From contig OZ024757.1 in assembly GCA_964016885.1 (NCBI GenBank), positions 25,792,001 to 25,856,000 on the forward strand: a stretch of 64,000 nt of DNA, read 5' to 3'. Numbering within the stretch: position 1 is the first letter of the stretch; each line of letters starts with the position of its first letter. Below are positions 12,622-23,974 of this stretch, piece by piece. This DNA is from Eledone cirrhosa. Taxonomy: Eukaryota. The notes below the pieces were generated by a model. That model had not been told where the DNA came from. It did no database searches and worked only from the letters and a program-made list of their open reading frames with translations. The translations under genes were made by a program, and so were the position numbers.

Positions 12622-12684
12622 TATTTTATTATATATATTTCAAGGGTACCAAGACACATTGGTACGCTTTCATCAGATAAAATA
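12622..12684 (-). ncRNA. Intact type I hammerhead (PLE family A)
   Basis: tattttat-CTGATGA-aagcgtaccaa(tgtgtc)ttggtaccctt-GAAA-tatata-TA-ataaaata: 8-bp stem I, long stem II, palindromic stem III. Confidence 0.85.
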
Positions 12685-12749
12685 CAAAGTTTGTTTTATA
12701 AATAGAGACGTACCCATGAAAATCATACCTTATCGGTTGGAAATTCACT

Positions 12750-12817
<68 letters not shown>

Positions 12818-13517
12818 AATAATATTGCCAGAATTAATATATGACGGTAGTATGAGGTTTTAGGATGATTTAGCTTCTATTTTTATCACGTAGAAGTTCA
12901 CTAGCTGACTCATTTAATATGTTCTTTTGGGGAAGTGTGTTATTTTCACAACTCTTTCGTTATCATATATATAATGCCAGATACACTATCTTTGGTTTTC
13001 AAACCAGTTTGAAACAGATCAAGAATTTAAAGAGATTTAATAATATAATTCACTTTATTTCTTTATTAAGCTGGTGTTTGGAACATAACTTAACTCAGTT
13101 TCTCACATAAAATTATAATGGAATGCTTTAGATAAATATAAACACTTTAATCTTTTCAATACCATATGAAAGACACTGCTTTATGGTTTTCAAATAATTT
13201 TGAAAATAATAAAGAATTTGGGTGGTTAATGTTTCAAATATAACTTATCAAAGAGTCTTACATAAAATTATGATGGAACGCATTTATATAAATATAAGCA
13301 CTTTAAAATAAATGGCTTTGGATGATAAAACCAAGGTCGGTTTCTGGCGATTTGATATCAGGAGTGTTAAAGACAGTAACGTGAGTTGTGAGGAAGATTA
13401 AACTGCTATTTTTAACCGGTCGAGCAACCGTGTAGGAGCTGAATAGTCTGTGCATTGAAATTGCTCCGTCAAGTTACAGGACATACAAACACACGCACAT
13501 GTACATACGTGTATATG

Positions 13518-13551
<34 letters not shown>

Positions 13552-14084
13552 ATGATGGCTGCCCCCTCGTTATCCAGTATGGCCATTGCACGTTATACCA
13601 TTATTGATAATTATTAATTCTATCGTGCAATGCCTGTGCGTGAAGATATTTTTTAAAGTGAGGAAAGACTGTGCACTGAGCCAATCCCACTCTCTGAGCG
13701 ACAGTAGCTATAACACGAAAAGAAGAAAAGATCAACATCATCGGTAACTACTGAGCCGCAGGTTTTATATCGGAGTTATCCCAGATTCCTGAGTTGCCTT
13801 CTCTTAGAAGAATGCCCTGACAAAGGCTAGGGGTCCTTCACTCCCAGTGGTTTAACCGCGCGATCGGGTGTCCAGCCCGGCCTTTTCTATGTCCCCGTGC
13901 ATATACATACACCCATGTATATACACATATACATACATATGTACATGTGTATATACATATTTACACACTATATATATATATATATATGTGTACAGGATGA
14001 CATCAAAATGTATATATACTTTGATTACCTGTACATACATTTTTGGGGACACTCTGTGTATGTATATATATACACACACATGCA

Positions 14085-14222
14085 GTGATGAGGCCAGGGA
14101 GACCACTAATCATGGGAGTGCTCAATGCATGGGGAGATGCAGAGTGAGTATAGAGATATATAAAATCTCGACCTCTCAGCGTCAAACCGAAACCGCTTGG
14201 CGCCGCGGTCGGGGTTTTACAT
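14085..14222 (+). ncRNA. Degenerate hammerhead with long stem II region
   Basis: gtgatga at 14085; GAAA-ccgc(ttggcgcc)gcgg-TC at 14189-14210. A minus-strand copy of the 3' half lies at ~16587-16622. Confidence 0.4.
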
Positions 14223-14340
14223 ATCTCTCTCTCTCTCATGGGTGACCTTGAGCCAATCCTCTGCGAAACGTGCGCAACTGGTCGATACACAATAAATATC
14301 TCATAAATGTAAACGGAACTTCCTCGTTTTTTCTAATATA

Positions 14341-14400
<60 letters not shown>

Positions 14401-14405
<5 letters not shown>

Positions 14406-14533
14406 GGCTTCTACAGGCTTCCTGAAGCAGTTCTAGTCCTGTAGAAGCCATTTCTATATTAAATATTTATACTCTGCTATGTATTGAGTACCTTACTTGC
14501 TGTGGTTACCCCCGATTGAACCCGGGATAAACA
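14401..14533 (+). mobile_element. PLE pLTR-like family C fragment with 5' inverted segment
   Basis: gaaatggcttctacagg/cctgtagaagccatttc inverted repeat; homologous to 17379-17505 and 60713-60853. Confidence 0.6.
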
Positions 14534-14735
14534 TATATATATATATAACTCGAGTCCGGAAACCGTATAGGCACCCGTTTTACGTGTGCTGTGTTGAGGC
14601 AAATAACTATGTGTATACTCTGGTAATGTATCTTACATTGCCCATTGAGTGCGCTGAGATACAACCGGTACTGGCATTGATAAATATGCTGGGTCCGTCA
14701 ACCCTTACTATATATATATATATATATGGAGGAGG

Positions 14736-14804
14736 TTATTTAAATGTCCTTTACTTCCCTCTGAAGAAGAGATATTATCTCGAAAATTAAGGACATTTAA
14801 ATAA
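14736..14804 (+). ncRNA. Minimal type I hammerhead
   Basis: cct-CTGAAGA-agagat(att)atctc-GAAA-at-TA-agg, enclosed by the 16-bp IR ttatttaaatgtcctt/aaggacatttaaataa. Confidence 0.7.
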
Positions 14805-14903
14805 ATTCAAGGTGAAAGACGAATCCACATCAATATCTTTCACTATTGCATTCTTTTTTCTATGTCCATATCTGCATTGTCTTGGCCTTATTACACATAT
14901 TCT

Positions 14904-14942
<39 letters not shown>

Positions 14943-15072
14943 ACGAGCTTTCACACACTTTCCGCCTACCAAATGTCACTCACACAGTATTGGTCAACCC
15001 TAGGTGTCACGGGGTGTAAATGAAACCAGAACCACGTGGTTGCGAAACGAACTCATTAACCACACAGCCATA
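14943..15072 (-). mobile_element. tRNA-derived SINE of another family, diverged
   Basis: Minus strand tggctgtgtggttaa...ccacgtggttctggtttca...atttggtaggcggaaag. Confidence 0.55.
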
Positions 15073-15279
15073 CTTATTAGCTGGAGTATTATAACATGAG
15101 TAACGGAGTAGACCAAGTACATCCACCTGATGGGATATCCACTCAGTTTCCGGATATCATATTTCATTGTGAAGCTCTGGTGTTACGTTAGAGGACACCG
15201 AGCTTCTGTGAGAGAGAGAGGGGGGGGAGAAGGATAGAGAGGGAGGGAGAAGAATAGAGAGGCGGGGAAGGATAGAGAG

Positions 15280-15318
<39 letters not shown>

Positions 15319-15319
<1 letters not shown>

Positions 15320-15475
15320 AAAAGAGTCAGGACCCCGACGGCTGAGCTCCGGCCGTTGCGACAGCTAGATCTAGTTCGGATCTAGCTGTCAAAACGACTA
15401 TTTTCCTATTACCCACTCTACTACCCTAAGTATCGAGTACTCTGGTGCGTTATGGTCTACCTGGTATCTTAGCAC
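15319..15475 (+). mobile_element. PLE pLTR-like family D fragment
   Basis: Hairpin gacagctagatc/gatctagctgtc plus the shared tail; follows (TA)n. Confidence 0.6.
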
Positions 15476-15585
15476 ACTTCCACCACTTGTTTTCATTTTA
15501 ATTTTCTTTACTTCATTTTAATTTTTTCTCCCTTTTTAATGTCTTTCCATCACACCCTCTCGGAACTCTTTTCCTTCCCACCTTT

Positions 15586-15618
15586 CTCCTGATGAAGGGC
15601 TTATGCCCGAAATGTCGG
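15586..15618 (+). ncRNA. Minimal type I hammerhead (PLE family B)
   Basis: CTGATGA-agggc(ttat)gccc-GAAA-tg-TC; downstream caagcgtaaacttaata is shared with the 12159 copy. Confidence 0.7.
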
Positions 15619-15702
15619 CCCCACCCCCACCCCACTCTCAAGCGTAAACTTAATACCAACACTGTTCGTACTGCACTTTTTGTTATTGTTTTTGTATTTT
15701 AC

Positions 15703-16101
15703 TAAATAAAATAACAGGAGGCTGGACTGGCGTAAATCCTTGAAAGGTTTATTATACTATGATCATTTCAATGACCGGGTTCCATATGAATCCGGTGATA
15801 TCATCAGGTATTCGAAATATAACAAAGGAATATGTATAAAAAAAACCATGGGTCCGAAAAATCAGAGACAGAGAAGCCAGTCGCCTTTGAGGGCGACTGG
15901 CCGAGGTGAAAGCAGCTAGTTGGTCAGTCGTCCTCTCTGTCTCTGATTTTTCGAACCCATGGTTTTTTACATATTCCTTTGTTATATTTCGAATATCTGA
16001 TAATATCACCGGATTCATGCGGAATCTGGTCATTGAAATGATCATAGTATAATAAACCTTTCAAGGATTTACACCAGTCCAGCCTCCTGTTATTTTATTT
16101 A
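15703..16101. mobile_element. Foldback with ~170-bp arms: inverted PLE pLTRs with an HHR in each arm
   Basis: Arms 15703-15874 and 15934-16101. Minus HHR 15754-15811: atac-CTGATGA-...accggattc(atatg)gaacccggt...-GAAA-tgatca-TA-gtat. Plus HHR 15993-16050 has CTGATAA. Confidence 0.8.
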
Positions 16102-16245
16102 TAATTAACTCCGTATTCGCAACACCAACTACACAAACGGAAGACGGGTGAACTGCACTACGTTGAGTACTTTCCATAATATTACACCAAGATTGACCAT
16201 ACGGAATGACCAATTCTATCCAGTGGTGATCCAACAAACCTAAAG

Positions 16246-16285
<40 letters not shown>

Positions 16286-16494
16286 ATATATACACCCAAG
16301 TGCAAGCTTAGTAAAATCGAAGCTTTGGCTGTGGCCAAGCAAAGTCGGCCTACAATAAGGAATGAGTAGCAAAGCACTCAATAAGGGTAGGTCCTCAGAG
16401 TAATAACATTATGTTTAGATAGCTTGACAAATTGAAAATTGCGGCAGGCAAAACCCAACCATACAATACCAAAACAACGAAAAAACTAATCAGG

Positions 16495-16589
<95 letters not shown>

Positions 16590-16636
16590 TAAAACCCTCA
16601 CCGCGGCGTCAAGCGGTTTCGACTGTATTCAGCAAG

Positions 16637-16672
<36 letters not shown>

Positions 16673-16884
16673 GAGAGGTATAGAGATTGTTTTAGCAAGA
16701 AGCTAACGGCATTCTATAACATATATGCGACTATAACGTCAAGATGGGAAAAGTAGTTAACGAAAGATTTAGGAAAAATAACTCAAACTCATCTCAAAAG
16801 AGAATCAGGATACAAATTCATCCACAGAATTTAGTAAAATCCAGGGAAAAATCTATAGACCTTTAACTCATGATAAAATAAAGT

Positions 16885-16919
<35 letters not shown>

Positions 16920-17327
16920 GGGCGGACATTGTTTGTTAAGATCAGGGCCGGGTTTAATGAAGAGCAAAGGGGGCAATTTCTCCGGAACTGCTTCAGATTA
17001 AACGATACAGTGTTGTATCATACAGGTTTGAAACAACCTTATATATGCAGGGCCGGATTTAATGGGGTACAAACGGGGCAATCATATTTTATTATTTGTT
17101 TGACCCGAATAGCTTGCTCGCTTCTATGGCTTTGCGGTTAATGGTTTAACCATCGTCTCAGTGTGTTTGGTCTTTTAACGTATGTTTATTGTTCTAGTTC
17201 ACTCGTTTCTATTGAGATCTTGCCACACATTTCGGAAGTTGTTTTACGCTAATTTCCAATAGCCGAAATGCGATTCTCGCTAATTTATATTTGTATATAT
17301 ATATATATATGTATATATATGTATATA

Positions 17328-17381
<54 letters not shown>

Positions 17382-17518
17382 TTCTACTGGATGAAACAGT
17401 TCTAGTCCTGTAGAAGCCATTTTCTATATTAAATATTTATACTCTGCTATGTATTGAATACCTTATTTACTGTGGTTACCCCCCGATTGAACCGGGGATA
17501 AACATATATATATATATA

Positions 17519-17877
17519 TACAATATTAAATAAATGGAAACTATATTTATAAAACCATATCTATTTCATTATATATATTTCAGAGATATCATATTAACAA
17601 TATGCTATGCCTTCCTCAGACAAAATACAATATAAACAGTTTTATAGATAAATAGATTCGACATACCGTAACAACATCGACTTGTATTTGAAAAATCAAC
17701 CTTTTCAAATACAAGTCGATGTTGTTACGGTATGTCGAATCTATTTATCTATAAAACTGTTTATATTGTATTTTGTCTGAGGAAGGCATAGCATATTGTT
17801 AATATGATATCTCTGAAATATATATAATGAAATAGATATGGTTTTATAAATATAATTACCATTTATTTAATATTGTA
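17519..17877. mobile_element. Near-perfect palindrome (176-bp arms, 7-nt loop): inverted PLE pLTRs with HHRs at 17562-17627 (-) and 17769-17834 (+)
   Basis: 2 mismatches seen between arms. HHR tattttgt-CTGAGGA-...catatt(gtt)aatatg...-GAAA-tatata-TA-atgaaata; related to family A. Confidence 0.85.
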
Positions 17878-17961
17878 AATATACTCCAAATATTTGTCGA
17901 GTGCTTTTATATCAGTTATAAATATTTACTAGTTGTAACCCAACAATTTAAATATAACTTT

Positions 17962-18013
<52 letters not shown>

Positions 18014-18286
18014 TCATACATATACAGTATAATAAAAATACTATCACTCACACACACATATATATATATATGTGTTTTTAATACACCATGTATGTGTGTG
18101 TGTATATATATATATGTGTGTATATATATATATATATATGATGTGTGTGTATACATTATAGTCTAATAACTACTACAAGTTAATGACAACATAGGATGAC
18201 GACGTCAGTCTTACCACCAGATGGCAATTAAGTGCAATTATTTCCCTCTTTTAACTACCAATAGGAGGTCTTTCTCTCTCTCACCT

Positions 18287-18320
18287 TATATATATATATA
18301 TACATATATATATGTATATG

Positions 18321-18369
<49 letters not shown>

Positions 18370-18464
18370 CACACATATATATATATATATATTACACACA
18401 TATATATATATATATATATATGTTACACACATATATATATTACACACACATATATATATACATA

Positions 18465-18528
<64 letters not shown>

Positions 18529-18907
18529 CACACATATATATATTTATATATATATTACACATATATATATATTACACACATATATATATTTATATATATA
18601 TTACACACATATATATATTACACACACATATATATATACATATATATATTACATATATATATATGATATATATATTACATATATATATATGATATATATA
18701 TACATATATATATATATGATATATATATACATATATACACATATATATACACATATATATATATACATATATATACACATATATATATACATATATTACA
18801 TATATATATATATATATATGATATATATATATACATATATACACACATATATATATATACACACATTATATATATATATATATATATATACATACATATA
18901 TATATAT
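18287..18907. repeat. Long interrupted (TA)n microsatellite
   Basis: Direct. Confidence 0.95.
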
Positions 18908-19242
18908 GAACGCCTGTATCCATTCTACCGCGTTACCCTCGCCACATGAAACTGAATCTTGTGTCCTCTCTCTCGAGTTATAGCAATTATTTTACCTATC
19001 CTTTCAATCACATTCATATAGCATATCTCAGCTGTTTATTTGAGTGCATGGGTGTGTGTGTATTTATGTATGTGTGTGTGTGGTGTGTGTATGTGTATGT
19101 ATGCGTGCATGTATGTATGTGAGTGTGTAATCTATATAATTATCATTTCAGTCGTATACTCTACAATTTGTGTTTGAGTAATCTTTTCGTCTGTCTCTGT
19201 GTGTGTGTGTTGTGTGTGTGTCTCTCTGCCCCTAATGTTTTC

Positions 19243-19430
19243 TGGGAACTCTGGGACCAAGGACGCGAACGTCATCCAATAACATACAACGTCGTTCATA
19301 AAACCATAGCATATTTCAACGGATCATGGCACTGCCGTCTGTGTCTAACTGAGCAGCTTTTCAAATTGCAGCAATCAACTATATCACATAACAGAAGGTC
19401 AGAGAAATTCTCTAGTTGCCATCATCGGAC
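19243..19430 (+). mobile_element. Remnant of a PLE GIY-YIG endonuclease C-terminal region (possibly Naiad-type)
   Basis: WELWD...YFNGSWHCRLCLTEQLF...NRRSEKFSSCHHR fits the CxLCxxEK...LNxRxE...CRH pattern of invertebrate PLEs. A half HHR, GAAA-gctatagc-TA, lies at 19592-19605. Confidence 0.65.
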
Positions 19431-19865
19431 TCGGGGGTCTCCTGGACAACCTCCAGACGCTACAAAGTTCAAATGTCTCTCAATACAAATCCATAACTAT
19501 CATACCTAACGCAGAACTTGCATACATCTAAAAACCCAAACGGAGAGCACCATGAAAAAAAGTACTCCAAAATAGGGAGATTTTACATAATGAAAGCTAT
19601 AGCTATTTTCAGGAGAGAAGACATCTCTCACTCACCGCAAAGGCTATTGCAAATTTCCCCGTCGGACAGGGAGAGTTGACAGGTCTGCTAACGAGTGTTA
19701 CGGAATAGTCACTTCAAGATGGATCACAGGCCTTGTTTGGGGTTGACTCCCTTAAACCACATCAATCCACTTTTGACCTGTCACGTGACCCGTCTTGACC
19801 AATGTGAAGCGGTTAGTGGCCTACATTGTGCGCTCAGGACATCGCTTGAATTTAGTATAAATTTT

Positions 19866-19996
19866 CGGTTGGTTGGTTCGATAACCGGATGGTTGTTTAC
19901 TATATAGTGTCACAGCTCTTTCGTCACACATTCTGTGACCTCCTCAGTGACTAGGTTTTTATTTTGTGTCTCTCCTTTATTCTGTCCTACACCATC
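19866..19996 (+). mobile_element. Diverged fragment of the Ginger-like TIR
   Basis: ggttggttggttc...ttcgtcacacattctgtgacctcctcagtgact aligns to 50695-50830. Confidence 0.65.
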
Positions 19997-20007
19997 AACG
20001 AAATATA

Positions 20008-20060
<53 letters not shown>

Positions 20061-20070
20061 ACGTACATGT

Positions 20071-20206
20071 GAAGACACGTGGTTTAGTGGTTAAAGTGTA
20101 CGACTCACGAGATCGTAAGATTGTGAGTCGTGAGTTCGAGTCTCGTGGGCACGTTGTGAGCTTGAGCATGACAATTTATTTCACATTGCTTCAATGCACT
20201 CGGCTG
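20071..20206 (+). mobile_element. tRNA-derived SINE (CORE-like body)
   Basis: gtggtttagtggtta A-box, gagttcgagtc B-box, cttgagcatgacaatttatttcacattgct body. Confidence 0.6.
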
Positions 20207-20729
20207 CCCCCCCCCCCCCCCCCCCCCCACCCCACCCCCAATAAAAATAAAGACGTGTCTGTAGATTTGCTCAGTGTCATCCATGATGAATACGCGAGCA
20301 GGCTGTTCTGTTGATCGCATGAAACACTCGGAGCACTCGTTGTCGGAGCCGACGGATCTGCAACACTATATAGAGTATACGTACATATGTACTGGCTATC
20401 TTTGATCGCAACCATTTTTTTTTGTTGTTGTTGTTGTTGTTTAATCTCCCCCTCCTCCCTCTCTCTCTATCGTCTGGAGCAGAGGGAGGAAGACATGGTC
20501 CAAAGCGCCTACAGCGGAAGCAATTACTGCTCGTTGCCTTCAGCGTCTGGCTATCTCCTGCTAATCTCTGATACTGGCGGGTGGTGTGGTGGTGTGTGGG
20601 AGATAGTAGTAGTGGTTGGGGTACCGGTGGCTGGGCAAGCGATGTTTTTTAGGGCGTACGGTAGGGTGATGACGGTGGCGGTGGTAGTGGTGGGGGATAG
20701 CTACGGCTGTGATATTTGTTTAGAAGTAC

Positions 20730-21660
20730 GATAGGATAGAGGTGATGGTGGTGGTGAGGTAGGTTGGTATAGGTGGTGGTGGTGGTGAGATAGGATGGTA
20801 TGGGTGATGGTGGTGGTGAGGTAGGATGGTATAGGTGGTGGTGGTGAGATAGGATAGTATGGGTGGTGGTGATGGTGGTAGTGGTGAGATAGGATGGTTA
20901 TTGGTGGTGGTGGTGATGGTGGTAGTGGTGAGATAGGATGGTATGGGTGGTGAGATAGGATGGTATGGGTGGTGGTGGTGAGATAGGATGGTATTGGTGG
21001 TGGTGATGGTGGTAGTGGTGAGATGGTATGGGTGGTGGTGGTGAGATGGGATGGTATGGGTGGTGGTGGTGAGATGGGATGGTATGGGTGGTGGTGGTGA
21101 GATAGGATGGTATGGGTGGTGGTGGTAGTGGTGAGATAGGATGGTATTGGTGGTGGTGGTAGTGGTGAGATAGGATGGTATGGGTGGTGGTGGTGAGATA
21201 GGATGGTATGGGTGGTGGTGATGGTGGTGTGGACAGTGATAGTGAAGCGGCAGTGTTTGTTAGGGAGTATGGTAAATGGGGCGGTGGTGATGGGGGTGGT
21301 TGTGTGGGCAGCAGCAATGTTTATGAGGGAGTATGGTAGATAGGGCGATGGTGGAGAGGATGGTGGTATCGGTGGCAATCTGGGGTGGTAGTGGTGGTGG
21401 TGGAGGTGGTGGTGGTGGTGGAGGTATGGGCAGTGGTAGTGATGGCAGCAATGTTTATTCGGGAGTACGGTAGATAGGGTGGTGGTGGTATGGGCGATGG
21501 GTTGGCAGTGGTGGTGGTGGTGATAGTGGTATGGGTGGTGGTAGTCATGGTAGCAATGTTTACTTGGGTGTATGGTAGTATAGGGCGCTGGTGGTGATGG
21601 TGATGTGGTGGAGGTGGTGGTGGTGGCGGCGGTGGTGGTGGTTGAGCCAACAATGGTGAT
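20730..21660. repeat. (GGT)n-rich minisatellite (ggtggtgagataggatggtatg)
   Basis: Direct; unit lengths shift the reading frame repeatedly. Confidence 0.85.
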
Positions 21661-22208
21661 GATGGCTTTTTTTTTCTCTCTCTGGACTAGAGTGGGGTGG
21701 AGCTGGTGCTCATGAATTTGGTGTTGGTGTGATGGTGGTGGCGAAGAAAGACCTAAAGGGTCTTTGAGGGGTGAAGGAGGGCAGAGAGGTACCACCCTGC
21801 CAAGTATCTCGCACCTGTAGTGGATGGCGCGCTTAGTCATGTCTTGTACGGTATAATCTTTCTACACATACATACACACACTTCCTCTCTCTCCCACGCT
21901 CTCTCTCCCTCCCCCTCCTCTCCCTCTCTTTCTCTCCCCCGTCTCTATCCCACCCTCGCTCTCTCTCCCCATCTCTCTTTCTCTGATGGGGGTTGAGGTG
22001 GCAGTTAGGACGAATGATGATGACGATGAAACAGATTTACAACTGGCCAACTACCAAGAAAACTAACACATGTAGATACACACACACACACATACACATG
22101 TAGATACACGGATACACACAGACACAAACACTCACAAATGTATCATGCGTACATGTGTTTGTATGTGTGTGTATATATACCGATTTGTTTATACACAGAC
22201 ACACACAC

Positions 22209-22240
<32 letters not shown>

Positions 22241-22804
22241 ATTTTTTAGTATGTACATCTCTGTACGTATGCATGTATAAATAGATATCCTGTGTGTATG
22301 TGTTTACATATACACACACACATACATATACACACACACATACATACACACATACACATACATACACACGTACACCCCTTTACACGCACACACATACGCA
22401 CACCCCTGCACACACACACATACATATACATACACACGTGCACCCCATACACACACATACACGCACTCATTGAATATGTCTTGTCACGGCATCGCTTTGC
22501 TCTTTTTCAACATGTTTCCGTTTTAGTATTCAGCCAACATAGAAACTGTCTGCAACAGTGGGGTCTCACCTATATACGCCCCTAAACTAGCAGTTCCCAA
22601 TACTTTTCATTAACCAGACCCCTGCAACGATGCTGTTTCACATACGTAGGCCCTTAAAATCAGTGGACCCCAATACGTTTTATTGCCTGGATTCTCTTTT
22701 TTTTAAATTTAACCAGAAAATGTTGTAGTTTTCTAACGTAAATTCTAAATGCGCTATTAAGCATAATGAAATATGGTAATGAAAGGGCTAAGTAATCATA
22801 TTGA

Positions 22805-23073
22805 TGGCCTCCCCCACAGCCCCGACGGATAGAATGGAGAAGGTGTTTCCCCGAAGGATGGTAAGGAAGATGCGCGGGAAGAGCCATTCCAATTCGCGAG
22901 GCTCACACCTGCAGCCGGCCAGCTCAGCGCCTATAGTGGTGAGTAGGGAGGTAGCCCTAGGGACGAGGACACCAGAAGTCTCCACTGCCAAGGGTACGAC
23001 CGCAAACCTGTCGGGGAGCGACCGATATTTGGAGAGTTTGGCCTCCTCAGCCCGACGTGCAGCAGAACCTGGG
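22805..23073 (-). mobile_element. CRE-like endonuclease C-terminal remnant
   Basis: PGSAARRAEEAKLSKYRSLPDRFAVVPLAVETSGVL...RIFLTILRGNTFSIL. Confidence 0.8.
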
Positions 23074-23822
23074 TGTAGTTTTCTTGAAGCCTTGTAAGAA
23101 ACTATTATAAATTCCAACTACGTTTGCAGTTTTTTAAACATTTTTTAACATTTAATGTCTGTTTTATGTGCATGGTTGAAGTCTTTTAAAAGCGCATCTT
23201 TTAGTTTCTAAATATTTAGCCGTTTCGGTCTCCCAATCTTATAATCTATGATAAATAGGTCGCACCTTCGGCGCTACTGGTAACATGTAACCCAGTACAA
23301 CCTGTGCATGGTCGGGTCGTCGGCGACTAAACCGACAACCACACCAAGCTTGCTTGGTGAGGAGGGTGATATTTGGTCACCCTGCTAGGTGAAAAACAAA
23401 ACCCATCAAAGGGCGGTGGAACTCAGAAGAGTCAACGGCCATCCAATAAAGATTTTTTTTCTTCTTATTAGTGGAGCGAGAGACTCCTAGTCTTCATTAA
23501 GACATCTCTAGGAGAAGGTCACTCTGATATAAAACATGCGACTTCGTTTGCATCTAATGATGTAGACCAATTCTTCTTTTGGGACAAAAGCATTCCATGT
23601 TCAGAGAGTGGGATTGGCCCCGTGCAAAGTCTTTCCTCACTTAAAAAAGCTTCAAGCACAGATATCGCTTGATATGTGACATTTTTTGCGCGCATGGTAT
23701 TGCTGGCCATAGGCAAGTCCCCTGCAGGACTAAAGAGCCACGTCCGTGGTGCTCATGCTTAAGTATCAAGCAATGGCATTACTTGAAATTGAGTTGCAGC
23801 CATAATTATGTATGTGTGTACG

Positions 23823-23974
23823 TATGAGGTGGTGCTGAAATGTTCCTGGCCTTGGGCAAAAGATGCCGTGGTCCTTCAGGTTTTCTAAGCCCTGTAAAAA
23901 AAACTTGGAAGGTTGGGCCTCCAACCAGGCCTCGCGATACCCTTAAAACCATGAACTTTTCAGTATCCCTCGTA
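23823..23974. mobile_element. Mariner-type MITE
   Basis: Imperfect TIR tatgaggtggtgctgaaatgttcctgg / ccatgaacttttcagtatccctcgta with TA ends. Confidence 0.7.

Noticed and set aside
23272-23535. Possible RTE 5' UTR with an HDV-like ribozyme
   Set aside because: Could not assign the P1/P3/L3 elements.
23712-23790. Twister-like arrangement on the minus strand (caagUAAugc...cuuAAGC...gcaGGGGacuug)
   Set aside because: The GC needed for the second pseudoknot is not in place and the loop deviates; an Infernal twister hit would be needed.
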